Below are positions 1-9,616 of a DNA stretch of 64,000 nt, in pieces. The stretch is taken from NCBI GenBank assembly GCA_963754315.1, contig CAVWFS010000009.1:64001-128000 (forward strand). The letters run 5' to 3'. The stretch is from an uncultured Candidatus Rokubacteria bacterium (GTDB lineage: Bacteria > Methylomirabilota > Methylomirabilia > Rokubacteriales > CSP1-6). The position numbers and the translations under genes were made by a program. The first letter of the stretch is position 1. Each line of letters begins with the position of its first letter. Below the pieces are notes generated by a model, which saw only the letters and a list, made by a program, of their open reading frames with translations, was not told the origin of the DNA and did no database searches.

Positions 1-1
1 A

Positions 2-1561
2 GCGGCGGGAAGCTTCAATCTCGACGGCTACCGCGCGATGCTCTCGCGCACCAACGCCCTCGTGCTGCTGAACACGATCGGGCTCTCGCTCGTGAAGACC
101 GGCCTCGCCCTCGTGCTCGCGCTGTTCCTGGCCTGGATCGTGGCCCGGACCGACACGCCGTACCGCGACACCTTGGAGATCCTGATCACCTTGCCCTTCT
201 ACATCCCGCCCATTCTGACGGCCATGGCGTGGGGCATGCTGGCCACACCCAAGGGCGGCCTCATCAACCTCGGGTGGACGGCCCTCACGGGCCTGCGCGA
301 ACCCCTCGTCAACATCTATTCGTACGGTGGGGTCGTCTGGCACATGATGCAGTACTCGACGCCATTCCTGTTCCTCTTGCTGGTGAGCGGTCTGCGCGCC
401 ATGGACCCCACCTTGGAAGAGTCGAGCCGCACCTCGGGCGCCTCCCAGTGGACGACCTTTCGTCGGGTCACGCTCGGGCTCATGTTGCCCGTCACCACCA
501 GCGCCTTTCTGCTGTCATTCATCCGCGGGGTGGAGAGCTTCGAATCGGCGTTGATCTTCGGGACGCCGGCCGGCATCGAGGTGATCACGACGGAGATCTA
601 CCACCTGATCCACCACGTCAACCGGCCCGACTACCAGCAAGCAACGGCGCTCGCGCTGGGCATCATGGTGCTCATGTTCGCGCTGGTTGGCTGGCAGTGG
701 CGGCTGCTCGGCGGTCGAAGCTTCGTCACCGTCACCGGCAAAGGGTATACGCCGCGCGTGACCAGGCTCGGCCGCTGGCGGTGGGTCACCTTCGGCTTCT
801 GCGTGCTGTTCTTCGCGGTCACGGTGGTCCTGCCGGTGGGGCAGCTGATCATCGGCTCGTTCTTCAAGTTCTTCGGCTTTTATCGCATGAGCATGCTGAC
901 CGTGGATCACTACCAGGCCGTGTGGCAGAGCCGCCTCATCTGGCGCGCCCTCGGCAACACGCTGCTTCTCGGCGTGCTGGGGGCGACCGCGACCATGGTG
1001 CTCGGTGGACTCGTGGCGTACGTCATCGTGCGGACGCGCTACGCGATCCGGGGTGCCTTCGAGGTGCTGGCCTGGCTGCCCTGGATGATGCCAGGCATGG
1101 TGCTGGGGGTCGGTCTCTTGTGGGCCTACGCGCTCATGCCGGGGCCCATCCAGCTCTACGGGACCTTGTGGGCGCTGCTCGTGGCCTACGTGTCCCTGGG
1201 AACGCCGCTGGCGGTGCGGACCATGGCCGGCGCCTTCGCCCAGCTCGCCAACGACCTGGAGGAATGCTCGCGGGTGCACGGGGCGGCCTGGTGGACGACC
1301 TTCCGGCGCATCCTGCTGGCCCTGGCGTGGCCGGCGTTCGCGGTGGGCTGGATCCTCATCTTCTTCATCATTCTGCGTGAGCTGTCGGCCTCGATCCTGC
1401 TCTACAGCGTCGGCCACGAGGTACTCTCGGTCGTCGTGATGCGGCTCTGGAGCGAGGGGAAGGCCGGGCAGGTGAGTGTCATCGCTCTGGTCATGCTGGC
1501 CCTCGTGTTCCTGTTCCGTTTTGGCGAGCGTCGGCTCGTACGAACCCATCTGAATCGATGA
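2..1561 (+). CDS. ABC transporter permease, Fe3+/thiamine (FbpB-like) class; 5' partial
   Basis: Two EAA-like motifs (LEESSRTSGASQW, LEECSRVHGAAWW) and many TM helices; the frame is open from position 2. Confidence 0.9.
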   Translation, partial: AAGSFNLDGYRAMLSRTNALVLLNTIGLSLVKTGLALVLALFLAWIVARTDTPYRDTLEILITLPFYIPPILTAMAWGMLATPKGGLINLGWTALTGLREPLVNIYSYGGVVWHMMQYSTPFLFLLLVSGLRAMDPTLEESSRTSGASQWTTFRRVTLGLMLPVTTSAFLLSFIRGVESFESALIFGTPAGIEVITTEIYHLIHHVNRPDYQQATALALGIMVLMFALVGWQWRLLGGRSFVTVTGKGYTPRVTRLGRWRWVTFGFCVLFFAVTVVLPVGQLIIGSFFKFFGFYRMSMLTVDHYQAVWQSRLIWRALGNTLLLGVLGATATMVLGGLVAYVIVRTRYAIRGAFEVLAWLPWMMPGMVLGVGLLWAYALMPGPIQLYGTLWALLVAYVSLGTPLAVRTMAGAFAQLANDLEECSRVHGAAWWTTFRRILLALAWPAFAVGWILIFFIILRELSASILLYSVGHEVLSVVVMRLWSEGKAGQVSVIALVMLALVFLFRFGERRLVRTHLNR

Positions 1562-1571
1562 AAGGACCCCC

Positions 1572-2603
1572 ATGGTGGTGACACGTCGATCGATGCTGAA
1601 GCTGGCGGCGCTGGGTTCCCTCGTGGCGCCGGCGCGTCCCGCGTTGGCCCAGACACAAGGTGATGCTGAGTGGAAGAAGGTCATCGAGGGCGCCCGGAAG
1701 GAAGGCAAGGTGGTGATGTACAGCGGCGCCGTCGGGACCCCGGTGGTGCCGAAGCTGGCGGCGGCCTTCGAGGCCAAGTATGGCGTCCGTCTCGAGGTGC
1801 TGGAGGCGCGGGCGAGCGAGCTGCGTGAGCGCATCCGCACCGAGCAGACCGCCGGGAAGCTCCTGGGTGACGTGTCCTACAACGGATCCACCACCACCGC
1901 GCTGCAGCTTGCCGAGGGCGCGTTTCAGCCCTATGGATCGCTTCCCAACGCCGGACGGCCGGTGGCGCCGTTCAAGGCCGACGGCACGCGGGTCCCGATC
2001 TACGTCATTCAGTACGGCATCCTCGTCAACACCGAGATGGTCAAGCCGGCCGAGGAGCCCAAGAGCTGGAAGGACCTCCTCGACCCACGCTGGAAGGGCA
2101 AGATCCTGTCCGACGACATGCGCGCGCTGGGGGGCGGCGCCGTCTTGTTCATGGTCACCGTCCAGAAGTTCGGCAAGGAGTTCCAGGACAAGCTGGCCGA
2201 GCAACAGCTTCACATGAATCGGGAGCTACGCGGGAACTACCCGCGCGTGGCCCGGGGCGAGTATCCCTTGTACATCCCGTTCACCTTGCCTGACATCCTG
2301 GATCTCAAGGGGCTGCCCGTGAAGGCCATCATCCCGAGCGAGGGCTGCACCTACGTGCGCTTCGACGGAACCATCTTGAAGAACTGCCCGCACCCCAATG
2401 CCGCCCGGCTGCTCCTCGATTTCTTTCTGAGCGATGAGGCCCAGCTGCTGTACGGCAATCTGGGGTTCGTCACCGTCGTCGGTGGGCTGGAGAGCCGGAT
2501 GGCCGCCGAAGCGCGGCCGCTCGCCCAGGCCAAGCTGCTCGGCACCACCGATCCGAAGCTCCAGGAGGAGATGCTCAAACTCGCCAAGCAGATCTACAAG
2601 TAA
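1572..2603 (+). CDS. ABC extracellular solute-binding protein, Tat-exported
   Basis: TRRSMLK twin-arginine signal; ARKEGKVVMY, PKSWKDLLDPRWKGKI and PHPNAARLLLDF motifs. Confidence 0.9.
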   Translation: MVVTRRSMLKLAALGSLVAPARPALAQTQGDAEWKKVIEGARKEGKVVMYSGAVGTPVVPKLAAAFEAKYGVRLEVLEARASELRERIRTEQTAGKLLGDVSYNGSTTTALQLAEGAFQPYGSLPNAGRPVAPFKADGTRVPIYVIQYGILVNTEMVKPAEEPKSWKDLLDPRWKGKILSDDMRALGGGAVLFMVTVQKFGKEFQDKLAEQQLHMNRELRGNYPRVARGEYPLYIPFTLPDILDLKGLPVKAIIPSEGCTYVRFDGTILKNCPHPNAARLLLDFFLSDEAQLLYGNLGFVTVVGGLESRMAAEARPLAQAKLLGTTDPKLQEEMLKLAKQIYK

Positions 2604-2622
2604 CCGGCTAAGGGGAATTGAG

Positions 2623-3384
2623 ATGGCGATCCGGCTGGAGCGGACCGAGGCCGTGGCCACCATCGTGATCGACCGTCCGGAGGCGCGCAACGCGGTGGAT
2701 GGCTCCGCCGCCCGCGCCCTGGCCGACGCGTTTCGCGAGTTCGAGGCCGATGACGCGCTGCGGGTGGCCGTGCTGTGGGGCGCAGGTGGCGTGTTTTGCG
2801 CAGGAGCCGACCTCAAGGCCCGAGGCACCGAGCTTGGACTGCGCCTCAGCCCCGAGGGGGACGGGCCGATGGGCCCGAGCCGCATGGTGTTCAGCAAGCC
2901 GACCATTGCTGCCGTGGAGGGGTACGCGGTGGCGGGCGGTCTCGAGCTCGCCCTCATGTGCGACCTGAGGGTCGCTTCCGAGAGCGCCGTCTTCGGCGTG
3001 TTCTGCCGTCGCTGGGGGGTGCCGCTGATCGACGGCGGTACCGTGCGGCTTCCGCGGTTGATCGGCCTCTCGCGCGCCCTCGACATGATCTTGACCGGAC
3101 GCCCCGTGGATGCCCACGAGGCGCTCACCTTCGGGCTCGCCAACCGGGTGGTGGCGGTCGGCCACGCCCGCGACGAGGCGGAGGCGCTGGCGCGAACCAT
3201 CGCCGGGTTTCCGCCCCGCTGCGTCCGGAGCGATCGCCGCTCAGCGTGGGAGGGCCAGGGGCTTTCACTCCCCGCCGCCCTCGCCAACGAGTTTTCCCTC
3301 GGCAAGGCCACGGTCGATTCGGGCGAGAGTCAGGAGGGAGCTCAGCGTTTCGCCGCGGGCGCCGGACGCCACGGACGGTTCTGA
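2623..3384 (+). CDS. Enoyl-CoA hydratase/crotonase
   Basis: DRPEARNAVD, FCAGADL and AVAGGLELALMCD motifs; RBS AGGGG upstream of ATG 2623. Confidence 0.92.
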   Translation: MAIRLERTEAVATIVIDRPEARNAVDGSAARALADAFREFEADDALRVAVLWGAGGVFCAGADLKARGTELGLRLSPEGDGPMGPSRMVFSKPTIAAVEGYAVAGGLELALMCDLRVASESAVFGVFCRRWGVPLIDGGTVRLPRLIGLSRALDMILTGRPVDAHEALTFGLANRVVAVGHARDEAEALARTIAGFPPRCVRSDRRSAWEGQGLSLPAALANEFSLGKATVDSGESQEGAQRFAAGAGRHGRF

Positions 3385-3425
3385 CCAGGCGTGACGCTGG
3401 GTCCGTCTCCGGTTGACGGCCGCCG

Positions 3426-4220
3426 TCAGTCGGATTTCGGTGCCCGTCTGCGGTTGACGAACGCGGTCATCAGGCGGCGCGGCTCGTCGGTGCGATAGGC
3501 GTCGACGTAGGCCTGGATGCCGGCGCGGGCCGCATCCACCGTGGACATCCGGTCCCAGTCGACGATCAGGCGCTTCTGGATCCGGATGGCGCGCGGGCCA
3601 CAGGCCAGGATCGAAGCAAGCCACTGCTCCAGCGCTTCGTCCAGGCGCTCGGAGGGCACCAGCTTCTGCAGGAAGCCGATGCGATGAGCCTCGCCGGCGT
3701 CGATGTGGTCGCCGGTGAGCACCAGCTCGCACGCTTTTCCCCATCCGATGAGCTTGGGCAAGACGGAGGCCTCCATCCCCGACGGAATCCCGAAGCGCGT
3801 CTCGGGCATGCCGAATCGCGCATGATCCGCGGCCACCCGCAGGTCGGCGCAGGCCGCGATCTCCATGCCGGAACCGAAGCAGTAGCCGTTGATGCGCGCG
3901 ATGACCGGCACCGGGAACGTGCGCACCCCGTCGCAGGCGCGATGGGTCTTGGTGGCCGAGGCCTCCGCGGTTGGAAGATCGAACTCAGCCATCTCCGCCA
4001 GATCGGTGCCACTCACGAAGGCCCGGTCACCGGCACCCGTGAGCACGAGCGCCCGGAGCGAGGGGTCGTGGCGCAGCGCCGCCAGGGTCGTGATGAATTG
4101 CTCCTTGCCGGCCACGCCGAGGGCGTTGCGTCGCTTCGGATCGTTGAAGATTACCCACGCGATGCGGCCCGCCTCGCCGCGGTCGTCGAACCGCGTCAGG
4201 ATCATCGAATCGTCGTCCAT
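3426..4220 (-). CDS. Enoyl-CoA hydratase/isomerase family protein
   Basis: RRNAL, AFVSGTDL, GSGMEIAACADLR and FGMPE motifs. Confidence 0.9.
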   Translation of the reverse strand: MDDDSMILTRFDDRGEAGRIAWVIFNDPKRRNALGVAGKEQFITTLAALRHDPSLRALVLTGAGDRAFVSGTDLAEMAEFDLPTAEASATKTHRACDGVRTFPVPVIARINGYCFGSGMEIAACADLRVAADHARFGMPETRFGIPSGMEASVLPKLIGWGKACELVLTGDHIDAGEAHRIGFLQKLVPSERLDEALEQWLASILACGPRAIRIQKRLIVDWDRMSTVDAARAGIQAYVDAYRTDEPRRLMTAFVNRRRAPKSD

Positions 4221-4255
4221 GGCCGATGATACTATCCCGCAAAAGGAGAAGGCCC

Positions 4256-5485
4256 ATGACAGCCTCCGCCCTTCCGCCCTTGATGTCCAGCGACGGTCAC
4301 CTCGAGGTCCTTCCCGAGCGCTGGAGCCCGCGGATGCCGGCGAAGTACCGGGATCACGCGCCGCGCACGATCAAGCTCCCGGACGGCGGTGACGCCATTC
4401 TCGTGGAAGGGCAGCCACCCTATCCCGCGCCCTTCCTCGACCTGAGAGCCGGGCGAACCAACGAGACGTGGCAGCCCTTCGGGGTGACCGTGGCCGACAC
4501 TGCCGGTGTGGGGCCGCCCGACCAGCGGCTTCGCGAGCAGGACATGGATGGTCTGCACGCCGAGGTCCTCTTCCCCAACATGCAGGTAGGCCCACGTCTC
4601 TGGCGCGCCCTGACCGACGACGACGTCTATCGCGCGGTGGTCCGCGCCTACAACGACTGGCTGGCCGAGGAGTACTGTGCAGTCTCGCCGGATCGGCTCA
4701 TCGGGCTCGGCGTCATCCCGTGGACCAATCTCGACGACGCGGTGGCCGAGCTGAAGCATTGCGCGAAGGTGGGACTGAAAGGCGTCAATCTCGGCGTGTT
4801 CCCCAGCGGCAAGGCCTATCCGACTGCCGAGGACGATCGGTTCTGGGCCGCCGCCGTCGACATGAAGATGCCGCTGACCGTGCACGTCGGGTTCGACCGC
4901 CTCGGGCCGCGAGCTTCCCAACCCACTTTCGAGTACCCGGGCGCCGATCCCGAGGTGCTGAAGAAGCTCGGGCCGCGGAAGATCGTCGAGTGGGTGGCCC
5001 TGCCGTTCCTCGGCACCGCTCCTGCCATGAGCTTTGCCCAGATCATCCTCTCCGGCGCCTTTGATCGGTTCCCGGATCTGAAGATCTTCTTCGCCGAGAC
5101 GCGGCTGGGCTGGGTGCCGTTCTGGATGGAGGAGGCGGACTACTGGTACGAGCGGCACCGCCACTGGTCGGAGCGCCTGCTCCACATCAAGCCGCTCAAG
5201 CAACGGCCCAGCGATTACGTGCGGCAGCACATCTACTTCAGCGTGCAGCACGTGGAGCGAGTGGCCGTCGAGCTGCGCCACCACATGGGAGTCGAGCACA
5301 TCATGTTCGCCACCGACTTCCCCCACATCGAGTGTGACTGGCCGAACACGCGGCCGTTTGCCGAGCGCCTCTTCGCCGAGGTGCCGGCCGACGAGGCCTA
5401 CAAGATCGGGGCGGGCAACATGCTCGGCTACTTCGGCCTCGAGAACACGCCGATGGGCAAGACGGTGATGGCCGCAAGGCCATGA
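4256..5485 (+). CDS. Amidohydrolase family (Amidohydro_2) protein
   Basis: SSDGHL, EQDMDG..AEVLFP, AYNDWLAEEYC and MFATDFPH motifs; RBS AGGAG. Confidence 0.9.
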   Translation: MTASALPPLMSSDGHLEVLPERWSPRMPAKYRDHAPRTIKLPDGGDAILVEGQPPYPAPFLDLRAGRTNETWQPFGVTVADTAGVGPPDQRLREQDMDGLHAEVLFPNMQVGPRLWRALTDDDVYRAVVRAYNDWLAEEYCAVSPDRLIGLGVIPWTNLDDAVAELKHCAKVGLKGVNLGVFPSGKAYPTAEDDRFWAAAVDMKMPLTVHVGFDRLGPRASQPTFEYPGADPEVLKKLGPRKIVEWVALPFLGTAPAMSFAQIILSGAFDRFPDLKIFFAETRLGWVPFWMEEADYWYERHRHWSERLLHIKPLKQRPSDYVRQHIYFSVQHVERVAVELRHHMGVEHIMFATDFPHIECDWPNTRPFAERLFAEVPADEAYKIGAGNMLGYFGLENTPMGKTVMAARP

Positions 5486-6537
5486 CCGTTCCCCGCTTCG
5501 GACTCAACCGTTTCGATTCGCGCTCGGTGGACGCGTTCGCCGCCGACGTGCGGCGGGCGGAGGCACTGGGCTGGGACGCGGCGTGGCAGCCCGACTCCCA
5601 GCTCCGCCGCCGCGACACCTACGTGCTGCTGGCGGCAGCCGCGCGCGCGACTGAGCGCATCACGTTGGGGGTGCTGCTCGCGAATCCCGTCAACCGTCAT
5701 CCCACCGTGACTGCGTCCTCGATCGCGACCATCGACGAGCTGGCACCTGGTCGCACCGTGCTCGCCTGGGGGGTGGGCGACACGGCCGTGCGCTTGGCGG
5801 GGCTACGGCCGGCACGGGTCAAGGAGCTGGAGGCGAGCACGCGCCTGATGCGGGCGCTCCTCGACGGTGAGGCGGTCGAGGTCGGCGCGGCCAGGCCGGC
5901 GCGTCTGCCGCACCACCGGCCAGTGCCGATCTGGATCGCTGCCGCCGGCCCACGCACCTTGCGCATGGCGGGCGGGGTGGCCGACGGCGTCTTCATTCGC
6001 GTCGGGACGCATCCGGCGAACCTCGCGGTGGCCGTGGACTTGATTCGCGCCGGTGCGGCCGAGGCCGGCCGTGACCCGTCGGCCGTCCGCGTAGGGGCAA
6101 TCTTCCACACCGTGCTCGTGGACGACCCGGGCCTGGCCCTGCTCATGGGCAAGTCCATGGCGGCGGGCTACTACGAATATTCGCCCACCTTGTTCGAGGC
6201 ACCGCAGCTCGCCTGGTCGAACGTCCATCCGGAGAAGCTCAAGCAGCAGCACCAGGTATGGCCCGACTTCCACCACGCGACCGATCTGGAGATGAGCGGT
6301 CGCGTGGCGGACTTTCTCCCGGCGGCGGCCGCCGACGCCTTCTGTCTGCGCGGCGGGCCGGCCGAGATCGTCGCGCAGCTCGTCAATGTGCTGCGCGCGG
6401 CGCCCGTCGCGTTCGAGCACGTCGTCCTGCATCCCGTCCCCAATCCGCTGGTCCCGGACGATCCCGAGCAGGGCTTCATGGCGCGGGTGGCGCGCGAGGT
6501 GCTGCCACGTGTTCGCGCTGCCCTCGGCGCGGGGTAG
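5482..6537 (+). CDS. LLM-class flavin/F420-dependent oxidoreductase
   Basis: TERITLGVLLANP..RHP and IWIAAAGPRTLRMAGGVADGV motifs; ATGA overlap with the upstream gene. Confidence 0.88.
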   Translation: MTVPRFGLNRFDSRSVDAFAADVRRAEALGWDAAWQPDSQLRRRDTYVLLAAAARATERITLGVLLANPVNRHPTVTASSIATIDELAPGRTVLAWGVGDTAVRLAGLRPARVKELEASTRLMRALLDGEAVEVGAARPARLPHHRPVPIWIAAAGPRTLRMAGGVADGVFIRVGTHPANLAVAVDLIRAGAAEAGRDPSAVRVGAIFHTVLVDDPGLALLMGKSMAAGYYEYSPTLFEAPQLAWSNVHPEKLKQQHQVWPDFHHATDLEMSGRVADFLPAAAADAFCLRGGPAEIVAQLVNVLRAAPVAFEHVVLHPVPNPLVPDDPEQGFMARVAREVLPRVRAALGAG

Positions 6538-6662
6538 TCAGGAGCCAGCCGACTCGAAACCGCGAGCGCGTTCGGCCGGCGTCCGCTCGTTGCTCGCTGC
6601 CGAGCGGCAGCGGGATCATGGCTGAGGCGAACGAAAGTCCTGCCCGACGGTCACGCATCGGT

Positions 6663-7061
6663 TCACCTTGGTGCCAATACCTCGAGATCGACGTGGCGGG
6701 CGGCCAGCGAGAGCCGCGCGTCGTAGGTGATCACGCCGCCAAGATCCTGACGGACGGCGAGGGCCGTCGCTAGGTGGATGGCGTCCAGTGTCCTGAGCGC
6801 CGGGGGATCGAGCGTTGCCGCTGCAGCGAGGATCCGCCTATCAAGCTCGATCAAGCCGACGCGGGAGAAAATCTGGTCGGCGCGACGACGCTCGGCGGGC
6901 CCGAAACCCCCGCGGCCAAGCGCCCGTGGCACCTCGGTGAGCGCGAGGGCGCTGGACACGCGGTCAGGCCACGCGGCCAGCAGCTCGAAGAGCGCCTCGG
7001 ATTCGGGTTCGGCGACGACCAGCTTCACCAGGGCCGAGGAGTCGAGATAGATCAGCGCCAC
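6663..7061 (-). CDS. vapC: VapC-family PIN-domain toxin
   Basis: IYLDSSALVKL, LRTLDAIHLATAL and ITYDARL PIN motifs. Confidence 0.92.
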   Translation of the reverse strand: MALIYLDSSALVKLVVAEPESEALFELLAAWPDRVSSALALTEVPRALGRGGFGPAERRRADQIFSRVGLIELDRRILAAAATLDPPALRTLDAIHLATALAVRQDLGGVITYDARLSLAARHVDLEVLAPR

Positions 7062-7342
7062 CGTCGCTCGCGGCGCAACTCCTCGAGCGCGCGGCTGGCT
7101 CGCCGTGACGGCCGCCCGAGGGGTGGTCCCAAGGCGAGGAGGTCGCCCCTGGCCGGCACCGCGCGTCCAGCAGCGATCAGCTGATCGAGAACCGTCAGCC
7201 CCGCGTCAGCCCTTGAGAGAATCGCGACGCGCTGCCCGCGTTCGGTGACCTCGATGGTCTCCCCCGCCTTCACGCGGCGCAGATAGACGCTCAGGTTCTG
7301 ACGGAGCTCACGGACGCCGACTCCGCGTCGAGCTCTCTTCAT
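7052..7342 (-). CDS. Phd/YefM-family antitoxin
   Basis: VGVRELRQNLSVYLRRVKAGETIEVTERG; overlaps the toxin start. Confidence 0.9.
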   Translation of the reverse strand: MKRARRGVGVRELRQNLSVYLRRVKAGETIEVTERGQRVAILSRADAGLTVLDQLIAAGRAVPARGDLLALGPPLGRPSRRASRALEELRRERRWR

Positions 7343-7587
7343 GTAGCACATGGTAGCACATCAGGCTGCGGATGCGGATTGCGGCGCGGCCGGCCGCGCC
7401 GTGAATCCCGCATCGCGAGCGGCTCGCCCCTAGTGTGTTTTGTGATCTTCGCCACGAGGCCCTTGGTGTCAACCTTGACGGGGCTCGGCGCCTGCGCCCG
7501 CGCGGACCGAGAGCCCGCCAGAAGAGACGCCAGTGGAAGGGCCAGGGCCACGTGCTGCAGGAGATCACGTCGCGTCGTGGAGTCCAT
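7339..7587 (-). pseudogene. Truncated Tat-exported protein (only the N-terminal ~48 aa look genuine)
   Basis: RBS GAGGAGG followed by MDSTTRRDLLQHVALALPLASLLAGSRSARAQ (Tat signal); the sequence then degenerates into the TA promoter. Confidence 0.55.
7343..7361 (-). promoter_or_regulatory. Extended -10 promoter overlapped by a 9-bp direct repeat (likely TA autorepression operator)
   Basis: GTAGCACAT at 7343-7351 and 7353-7361; the minus strand reads TGcTACCAT 7 nt before the antitoxin ATG. Confidence 0.65.
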
Positions 7588-7660
7588 AGAATCCTCCTCG
7601 CGTGTCAACTGGCCGCGGCGGTCGTGCCTGGCCGGGTTGGGCTGGAGTAAGATGCGGGCC

Positions 7661-8671
7661 ATGACCACCCAATTCGGGCTCTTCGTGACGAACCAGCATC
7701 CTCCCCACGAGTCTGCGGCCGAGCGCTGGCGGGAAACGGTCGAGCAGGTGCGGCTGGCGCGCGATCTCGGGTTTGACCTGGTGCTGCTTGGCCAGCACTT
7801 TCTGGCCACTGAGTTCCAGATGCTGCAGCCCACGGTGGCGGCGGCGCGCCTGGCCGCCGACTCCGGATCGATGCGGATCGGGGTGACCATTTACCTGCTG
7901 CCGCTCGTGAATCCGGTTCAGCTCGCCGAGGAGGCCGCCTCGCTGGATGTCATCACCGGCGGCCGGTTCATCTTCGGGATTGGGCTCGGCTACCGGAAGG
8001 TCGAGGACGACGCCTTCGGTCTCGCTCCCGGCGCACGGGTCTCGCGCGCCCGCGCGCATCTTGAGGTGATCACGAAGCTGTGGGCGGGCGAGCCGGTTGA
8101 CTACACCTCACCGTCCTGCACGCTCCGCGGGGCGACGACCTTGGTGCGGCCGGTGCAGAAGCCGCGGCCGCCGATCTGGGTGGCGGCCAACAACGACCGC
8201 GCGGTGGAGCGGGCGGCCGAGATCGGCGACACCTGGATCGTGAATCCCCACGCGACCTTGACGACCATCGCCCGTCAGCTCGACCTGTTCCGCGCGACGC
8301 GGGCACGTCTCGGCAAGACTGTGCCAGCCGAGATCCCCGTGATCCGCGAACTGTGCATCGGGGAGACGCGCAACGAGGCCGCGCGCGTGACGCGGCCGCA
8401 TCTGGAGCGGAAGTATCAGGCCTACGTGGCGTGGGGTCAGCACAAGGCGCTGCCCGGCGACGACGACATGACCCAGACGTTCGATGATCTGGCCCGCGAC
8501 CGATTCATCATCGGTGATCCGGGCGAATGCGCGGCCGAGATCCAGCGCACCGTCGAGCGAACGGGCGCCACGACGCTCATCTTTCGCCTGCACTGGGCGG
8601 GGCTGCCGCACGAGGCCGTGCTGCGCGGGCTTCGACTGCTGGGCGAGAAAGTTCGCCCCCTCGTCCGGTAG
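7661..8671 (+). CDS. LLM-class flavin-dependent oxidoreductase
   Basis: GQHF, NPVQLAEEAASLDVITGGRFIFGIGLGY and RPVQKPRPPIWVAA motifs; TAAGAT 7 nt before the ATG. Confidence 0.9.
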   Translation: MTTQFGLFVTNQHPPHESAAERWRETVEQVRLARDLGFDLVLLGQHFLATEFQMLQPTVAAARLAADSGSMRIGVTIYLLPLVNPVQLAEEAASLDVITGGRFIFGIGLGYRKVEDDAFGLAPGARVSRARAHLEVITKLWAGEPVDYTSPSCTLRGATTLVRPVQKPRPPIWVAANNDRAVERAAEIGDTWIVNPHATLTTIARQLDLFRATRARLGKTVPAEIPVIRELCIGETRNEAARVTRPHLERKYQAYVAWGQHKALPGDDDMTQTFDDLARDRFIIGDPGECAAEIQRTVERTGATTLIFRLHWAGLPHEAVLRGLRLLGEKVRPLVR

Positions 8672-8683
8672 GCGCGCCCGCGG

Positions 8684-9478
8684 CTACGTCGCGTGGGAGG
8701 CGGCGAGCTCGCGCAAGCAGTCGGGCCCCATGGCCGTGAGGGGCGTGAAGTCGCGGTGGGCGATCCACTCCGGGCGCTTGAATCGGCGGATGGCGTTGTC
8801 GGCACGATTCAGGCTGACATAGACGATCTCGCGGCCCCAGGGCGACATGTTCGGCGGCGAGCCGTGCACAAGATTGCAGTGGAAGAAGAGGGCCGAGCCC
8901 GGCGGGCCCTTCGGGGCCACGATGCCACCCTCGTTGGCCAGGCGCGCGATGGTCGCGTGGTCGATGGTCCACAGAGGATAGCTGGTTGTGGTCACGTCGT
9001 GCCCGGCTCCCAGCTTGCCCTTCTTGTGCGACCGCGGAATGAAGAAGAGTGGACCGTTGAACTCGGTTACCTCGTCCAGGAACACCGCGAGGTTCATGGC
9101 GCGCGGCTCCGGCATGTCGTCATCGGCGGCCCATGTGCCGTAGTCCTGATGCCACTGCCACACGTCGCCGTCGAAGGCGGCCTTGCCGTTGATCTTGAAC
9201 TGGTGGATGTAGATCTGGCCGCCCAGCATTTGTTCGGCCGGCCCCAGAAACTTCGGATGGTGTACGAGCCGGCGGAACACCTCGTTGTACGTATGGACGG
9301 CGAAGGCGGTACGCACCACGTCGCCGGTCCTCTCGCGCACGTTCTCGGGGCGACGCTGGGCGAAGATGGCCGAGACCTCGCCCTTCATGATCCGCACTTC
9401 GTCGGGCCCGAACCAATCGGGCAGAAACAGGTAGCCCTCGTCGTGAAACTGCGCGAGCTGAGCGTCAGTCAACTTCAT
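8684..9478 (-). CDS. PhyH-family 2-oxoglutarate/Fe(II) dioxygenase (proline 4-hydroxylase/EctD-like)
   Basis: YIHQFKINGK, WHQDY (HxD), distal H in LVHGS, and NGPLFFIPRSH. Confidence 0.88.
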   Translation of the reverse strand: MKLTDAQLAQFHDEGYLFLPDWFGPDEVRIMKGEVSAIFAQRRPENVRERTGDVVRTAFAVHTYNEVFRRLVHHPKFLGPAEQMLGGQIYIHQFKINGKAAFDGDVWQWHQDYGTWAADDDMPEPRAMNLAVFLDEVTEFNGPLFFIPRSHKKGKLGAGHDVTTTSYPLWTIDHATIARLANEGGIVAPKGPPGSALFFHCNLVHGSPPNMSPWGREIVYVSLNRADNAIRRFKRPEWIAHRDFTPLTAMGPDCLRELAASHAT

Positions 9479-9616
9479 GGGCTCGCCTCCCGCGGTCGTC
9501 TTCCCGCCTTGCGGCACCTGTAGCATACCGCGCACGTCCGGACCAGGCGAACGGCGTGTTACCCTGCCGAAGACCGCTCGACCGATCACCCCCTGCTGCA
9601 GGGAGGACGCGCGCCG

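Noticed and set aside
6596..6640. Hammerhead ribozyme (CTGAGG...CGAAA)
   Set aside because: The core reads CUGAGGC rather than CUGANGA and there is no stem II; the adjacent CGCTGCC/GGCAGCG hairpin is more simply a terminator-like stem between convergent genes
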